Source: Heteronotia binoei | Taxonomy: Eukaryota | DNA: 64,000 nt | Assembly: GCF_032191835.1 (NCBI RefSeq) | Contig: NC_083237.1 | Location: 12,090,001-12,154,000, forward strand | Direction of reading: 5' to 3' | Part shown: positions 58,211 through 64,000 of the stretch, one piece after another | Layout of the letters: the number at the start of each line of letters is the position of its first letter | How positions within the stretch are numbered: position 1 is the first letter of the stretch | Translations under genes and position numbers: made by a program | The notes under the pieces: generated by a model | Databases searched by the model: none | Seen by the model: only the letters and a program-made list of their open reading frames with translations | Told to the model about the DNA's origin: nothing

Positions 58211-60198
58211 GCCTACAGTTGCCAGCCTCCAAGTGCAATTGCCTCTGGGACTGGGAGTTTAGTGTGGTTGTAACTTCCTGTTGCAAACATTTGGAAGAAG
58301 TAAAGTCAAGTTTGGCTGTAAGGGTGAGTCTGTGGGGGGAGGTAAAACATAAACCATTTTTATCAGAAATACAAAACTGCCATAAACCAAAGCACCATTA
58401 CAGAAAAATATTTCAAAGCACCCCAAAACCAGAGCTCAGCCCCAACAATGGTTCCCCCATGGGGAATTCACTATGTGGAACTGGCTGTATGAAGCTTCCA
58501 GAGATGTTTTAGATGTTTTTTCCATGTCAGTTACTCAAATCACTGGTTGCATAACTTCGCCAAAGCCAGAGAGATTACAAAAGAATGTAGCTAATCATTC
58601 AGAAGGGTTTTCTTTTATCAGTAGCAAACAGAAATATATCATTCTTCCAAACAGCGCCTTTAATAACACTCACTGGAATTAGTGGAAAGGGTTTGCCATA
58701 AACATAATTGTCACCAGTGGACATGTCTGCTAGACCTTGGGGAAATAACCACAGATGACTCACAGATGAAAAAACTGTATAAAGACATATTAGAAAGTAG
58801 AACATCTTCTTGCTGGTGGGGAACATTCATCCAACACTGCATTTCTAGCAGCAGGTGAACTCGAATTAAAGATGACCTCAGATCTAGGTACATAGTTCCA
58901 GGCCTCAGATTCAGCGGGAGCTCACAGGAGCACAGCTCCTGAACCTTTGTGAGAGTTCCACCTCTTCCTCCCCACCTTGTCCATTGAATAGTAGGTGCAG
59001 CTGCATAACAATCCCTGGATGAGCTCCACCACCTATTTTTCTACAAAACGACCCCTGCATAGTTCTGTCTGGGTTGTCTGTGCACAACAGCCTTCCATGT
59101 ACAAATCCTGCTTCTCAACAGACAATAGAATGGAAGCATTTTCATTGCATGATGATTGACGCAGCTGGAAAACATAGACCTGAAAGTGTAAAGCAACAAC
59201 TCTATAGAAGGTAAAAGAAAGAAAGCAGCAGGAGAACCAAGAAAGAAGAGATGGAAAAGACATTAAGGAGGTTCTGGTTTACATGCCATGATATGTAAGT
59301 GTTTTTTGGAAGCCACAAGACTCTTCATTGCTTTGACTGCAACGGATAATCATTGACACTGTTCGGGAAGGAAATTTTGCCCTCACCATCATCATCTGTG
59401 CTCAGGATGCTGAGGCAGATGCATTTGCAGAAGTCTGACTTACATCACTGAGCCAGATATTCCATCTGTATAACCTTTATAAGTTCATACGTGAATCAAA
59501 TTGAACTGATAGGTAGCCAGCAACTAACAAGTAAGCTGTACTAGGTTTTAGGTTATCTTTGTACCTAAAGCGAGAAGGAGACCATTCCTTTAGTTGGGAA
59601 GGATCTAGTGGTGTGTTTGACTCTATATTCCAAGATCAATTCGAGATTATGTGAGGAGTGTGCTGTCGAACAGGGGAAGTGTCATCAAGCTGATTTAAGG
59701 CAACCACGTAGAGCATTCCAGGTAAGAGCCAAACAAAGTTGGCTTGGCATTACCTGCCCCAGCATGACAACCCTGGACTTCCTTGGAGGCCTTCCATCTA
59801 AGTATCAAGTGCAGCTGACCCTGCTTAACTTCAGAGATCTGATGAGAGAAGCTATCCTGGGTCTTCCAGGTCAGGGAGGGCAGTCTGCTTAAGGAGTCAT
59901 TCTAATTGTTATCAGTGCATTTAGCACTGGTCCACTTACTTTAAACTCAGTGTGCTTCCAACTTTCACAGACATATTGAATTCTAGCTCTTTCTAAAAAC
60001 ACTGTTGAGTTCTGGGGGGTCTTCAGCCTAAGAGGTCATCCCTTTCACATAAGACTATTCAGGCACAAAAGTGTGGATAGCCTTCTGATATGTGAAAAGA
60101 TGGTGGGACAGGAACTGTAATCCTCCACTTGCTTTGGAAAAGGAACAAGAAAGGCTTCCTGGTCCTGCTTCAATGACCCTGATATAAATGTTCTGCTA

Positions 60199-61125
60199 AT
60201 GGAGTGCCTAAATCAAACACAGCCGGCTGAGTTCATCATCTCTGGCTTCTCATTCCCCAAAGAACTGAAGGTGCCACTGTTACTCTTCTTCTTGCTCATG
60301 TACATTCTGACTCTCTGTGGAAATTCCCTGATTGTCTGGGTGGTGGCATCTGATGTCCGGTTGCACAAGCCCATGTACTGGTTCCTCTGCCATTTGTCCT
60401 TCCTGGATATGGGTTTCTCCTCCGTTGTGGTCCCCAGAGTAATTGCAGGGTTCTTTCCTGGTGGGAACATCATCTCTTTTGGAGAATGTGTATGTCAAGT
60501 ATTCTTTTTCCATTTCCTCGGATGTACCGAAAGTCTCCTTTACACCATTATGGCATACGACCGCTTCATTGCTATCTGCAAGCCCCTCCACTACAGCCAC
60601 ATCATGCATTGGAGAGCCTGCCTCACCCTCAGTTTGGGTGCCATGATCGGAGGCTGCATGCACTCAGTGTTAGAAACGACCCTCACCTTTCAATTGCCCT
60701 ATGGATGGAGCAACCATATTGACTACATCTTTTGTGACATCCCTGCCCTACTGAAGCTGGCTTGTGCAGACACATCTTTCAATGAGATGTTGACCATAGT
60801 GGATGTTGGCCTTTTGGCCACAACCTGCTTCATCCTTATCCTGACCTCCTATGTCTATATTGTCTCCGCCATTTTGAGGATCAGCAGCAGTGAAGGGCGC
60901 CACCGGGCCTTCTCCACATGCTCAGCCCACATCACTGTGGTACTTCTTTATTATGTCCCGGTCGTTTTCCATTACCTGAGGCCAGCATCTCAGGACTACA
61001 TGGACGGTGTGGTGAGTGTGTTCTACACCACAATAACCCCATTTCTGAACCCTGTCATCTACACATTCAGAAATAAAGAGATGGTGGCCGCTCTGTCGAA
61101 ACTGTGGATTGGGAATCACAAGTAA
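60199..61125 (+). CDS. Olfactory receptor, OR10G-like, 308 aa, intact ORF
   Basis: OR motifs present; paralog of 48018-48944; PYGW in place of PYCG. Confidence 0.92.
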   Translation: MECLNQTQPAEFIISGFSFPKELKVPLLLFFLLMYILTLCGNSLIVWVVASDVRLHKPMYWFLCHLSFLDMGFSSVVVPRVIAGFFPGGNIISFGECVCQVFFFHFLGCTESLLYTIMAYDRFIAICKPLHYSHIMHWRACLTLSLGAMIGGCMHSVLETTLTFQLPYGWSNHIDYIFCDIPALLKLACADTSFNEMLTIVDVGLLATTCFILILTSYVYIVSAILRISSSEGRHRAFSTCSAHITVVLLYYVPVVFHYLRPASQDYMDGVVSVFYTTITPFLNPVIYTFRNKEMVAALSKLWIGNHK

Positions 61126-62491
61126 ATAGCAGTATGCTTGTATGGCTATGTTGTGCCCTAAGTTGTCATCACAAATCGACTCAGTTTGGTTTCACGTAAT
61201 GTTGGTTGGGCTGATTATCAGAGTGGAGCTGGAGAGGGGGTCACAGCGGCTATAGATTTAGAACTGTTTCACTTCAAAATGGAGGACATCAATCACAAGC
61301 ACCACAATGTTGTTTGAATTGATTCTAATATTGGCAAGTTTACTGTTTTTAATACTGTAATTTAATACTGTTATTCTGGTTTATTGCTAGCCACCCTGAG
61401 CCCATTCCCGGAGAGGGCGGGGTCCAAATCCAAAGTAAATAAATAAAAAAGAGAAATGCATGACATAAATAAAAAAACAAAATAGAGATTGAACTGTTTT
61501 TCTTTTAAATAGCTTTAAGACAAAAACAATTCCAGCATTTAACCCAAATGTTGCCAACCCATGAGTATTTCACCTTGTCAAACCGGCTCCTTGGAGCCTG
61601 AGACTAGACTCTTCCATCTTTTTATTCAGCCAGTGTGATGGAGTTGAGTGGGTGTTTTTGTTTTTGTTTTTTTGGCCAGACTAAAGCCACTTTTTTCTTT
61701 TTTGGTGGAGTGGTTCTTTGTCTGACTAAAACTTGGAATGTCAGTTGAGGATGAGGGTTCAGATGCTTACTCAGCCATGAAGTTCACTTTCTAAGTCTCA
61801 GACTAACCCATCTCAGAGTGGAGGTAAAACAGGAGGATACAATCATATGTAAACCAACTTGAGTTCCATGGAAGAGTTGCTGGCAAAATGTGCTAGGGCG
61901 ACTGTCATAATGTGATAGTTCAACTTGTAACACATGAGTCTTCTGTGAGTGGAAGGGCACCTCTGGTTCCAATCCCATGGCTGAATACAACCTATAACTT
62001 GGTATGTGTCTATAATATAGTGGGTTCCACACAGTGATGAGGTGAGGTGGTAGTGATCATAGCTCTTTTATTAGATACAGCATAGTATAGCACTGCACTC
62101 AAAGACTGAAGACTGGGCCAATGGGGCCAACTATATGTACACTCAAGGTTCCCATGCTAGCATGCTATTGGACCATTCAAACCAACAGGGGGCTCGTGAC
62201 TGGAGTAAGGCAGAAGGGATTTGGATCCTACTTCCTATTGTTCCTGAGCCCCCAAGCTCAGTCCTACAGGCTCCAATGAGCCAGGCAAGAACTCCATATA
62301 TTAATCACAATTCTGATCACATATACAAGAGTGTCAAAATGTTGCCAGATTGGTGTAACTCGGGCATTGGAAATAAGGGCAAATTCAAGGCTTAGAACCT
62401 CCCACACACACCCGTTGCTTTAAGCAATATATAACTATTCATTACAAAAGGGGATATACAATAAGGCACACTGGGTAGTGTGCTCCCCACC

Positions 62492-63693
62492 TAGGCTTGC
62501 CAATCCCCAAATCCCAACGGGGGCTCTCCCGCTTTCTCAGGCTCCTTCCCTCCCCCAGTCAGCCCCGCCCCCACAGCCATAATGTGACTTTCCACCTTCG
62601 GAGGCTTCAGTCTCTATTGGAAAGCCTTCCTCTTTGGATGGTGTATCTTTGTCTTTAAGGCTGAAGGGGAGAGGGGGGGAGGAGGCAGAACAACATGGCT
62701 GTGAAAGGAGCCCAGACCCTTCATTTGTTGCTGTAAAGTACTGGGGTCAGCGCAGTAAGAGACCAGAGTCTGATAGTGATTTCAGCAAGCTTTACTTCAG
62801 GAACACACACAACAACAACAACCCTGTTCAAACTTCCCGCTCCTTTATACAATTCTTGCCCCCTTCTGATTGGTCCTTAACTATCTACACGGATTGGCTA
62901 TTTACAGGGCCCTAAGGGCCTATCAGGGTACAGTATGAGCCTGGATGTTGATTGGCTACTTATGTTTCAATCCTTCCCCTGATTGGGCATGCTTAGGACT
63001 TCTCTGGAACCCTGGTGTGGAATTCAAGCTCTGGCTTGTTCGGCTTCCCTCCAAAAGTAACAGTTCTCCCATTTGAACCTAGGACACAACAGTTGCGCAA
63101 TCTTTGAAGAGGTTATTTGCATAGTGTGAAGGTAAACTTGAACCTTTGGTTGCCCTGTGTTACTGTGAAAAACTTGGAAGTTCAGCAACTCATGAGTAGA
63201 GGTGCCAATTTCTAGTTGCAGGGAGGGGATCCTTGGTTTGGAGGCTCTCTGGAGCTTCAGGGTCACCAGAACCAGGAGGGAGGGTCGGAAATGTCTGTTG
63301 AGCCATAGGGTATAATGGAGAACTAATCCCAGGGTATCTGGGGCTCTGGAGGGGCGGTTTTTTGAGGTAGAGGTACCAAATGTTCTGCGTAGCATCTGAT
63401 GGGTATCCTCAAAATGCTCTCCAAGTTTCAAAAAGATTGGACTACGGGGTCCAATTCTATGAGCCCCCCAAAAAGGTGCCCCTATCCTTCATTATTTCTA
63501 ATGTAGGGAAGGCATTAAAAAGGTATGTGGTCCCCTTAAATGTGATGGCTAGAACTCCCTTTGGAGTTCAGTTGTGCTTGACACAACTTTGCTTATGGCT
63601 CCATCTCCAGTGTCTCCTGGCTCCACCCGCAAAGTCTCTTGGCTCCACACCCAAAGTCCCCAGATATTTCTTGAATTGGACTTGGCAATCCTA
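62492..63693 (+). mobile_element. Composite TAGG(G/C)TTGCC-family hAT element
   Basis: Ends TAGGCTTGCCAA / TTGGCAATCCTA; degenerate TSD TCCCCACC/TCCACACA; absent from the paralogous flank at ~57515. Confidence 0.7.
62732..63091 (-). mobile_element. Solo LTR, 360 bp
   Basis: TG...CA ends, 5-bp TSD GTTGC; on the minus strand four CCAAT boxes, TATA (GTATAAAGG) and a polyA-like AGTAAA in U3-R-U5 order. Confidence 0.75.
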
Positions 63694-63946
63694 TCCACAC
63701 ACCCCAAACTCTTTCCCTTCTAAACCCAACAGTCTAGTTGTCAGTGTCCTGGAATTGCTGTTTTCTTGTTGAACCCGGAATTGCTGTTTTCTTGTTGAAC
63801 CTTAGAAGGAAGCCTCAAGTGGGAAGGTAAGTTTTCAGGGCCTCCTTCCTCAATATTTGAGAGGGGAAATCAGCTCCAGTTCATAGGCGGGAGGTCTGGG
63901 AGCTAACTCCTTCAAAATAAATGATTTCTAAAAAGGGAGGACCCTC

Positions 63947-64000
63947 TAGGGTTGCCAAGTCCAATTAAAGAAAAATCTGGGGACTTTGGGGGTGGAGCCA
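63947..64000 (-). mobile_element. End of another TAGGGTTGCCAA MITE, running out of the window
   Basis: tagggttgccaagtccaatt...gactttgggggtggagcca. Confidence 0.8.

Overview
Vertebrate genomic DNA, most likely a squamate reptile and probably a gecko, judging by its Sauria, Squam3-type and 5S-derived SINEs. There are three assembly gaps. The window covers the 5' edge of a T-cell receptor alpha locus and the adjoining olfactory receptor (OR) family-10 cluster. The TRA part has one complete TRAV segment (leader, V exon, 23-bp RSS) and the leader exon of a second one. The OR part has five intact OR genes and two OR remnants, with the plus-strand ORs lying in tandem duplicated units. The intergenic DNA is dense with hAT-type MITEs (8-bp TSDs, often nested or with tandemly amplified arms), SINEs, CR1/L1/RTE/L2 LINE pieces and a solo LTR. 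Best leads: (1) a 1.97-kb hAT element with a perfect 8-bp TSD that appears to carry a captured carbonic anhydrase promoter, exon 1 and part of intron 1; (2) a repeat-free block with many homeodomain and O/E-like sites between TRAV and the first OR, roughly where the mouse H enhancer lies; (3) MITE-arm and CR1-tail minisatellites; (4) a stepwise loss of a conserved ECL2 cysteine in the OR10G-like paralogs. All assignments are by eye; no database searches were run.
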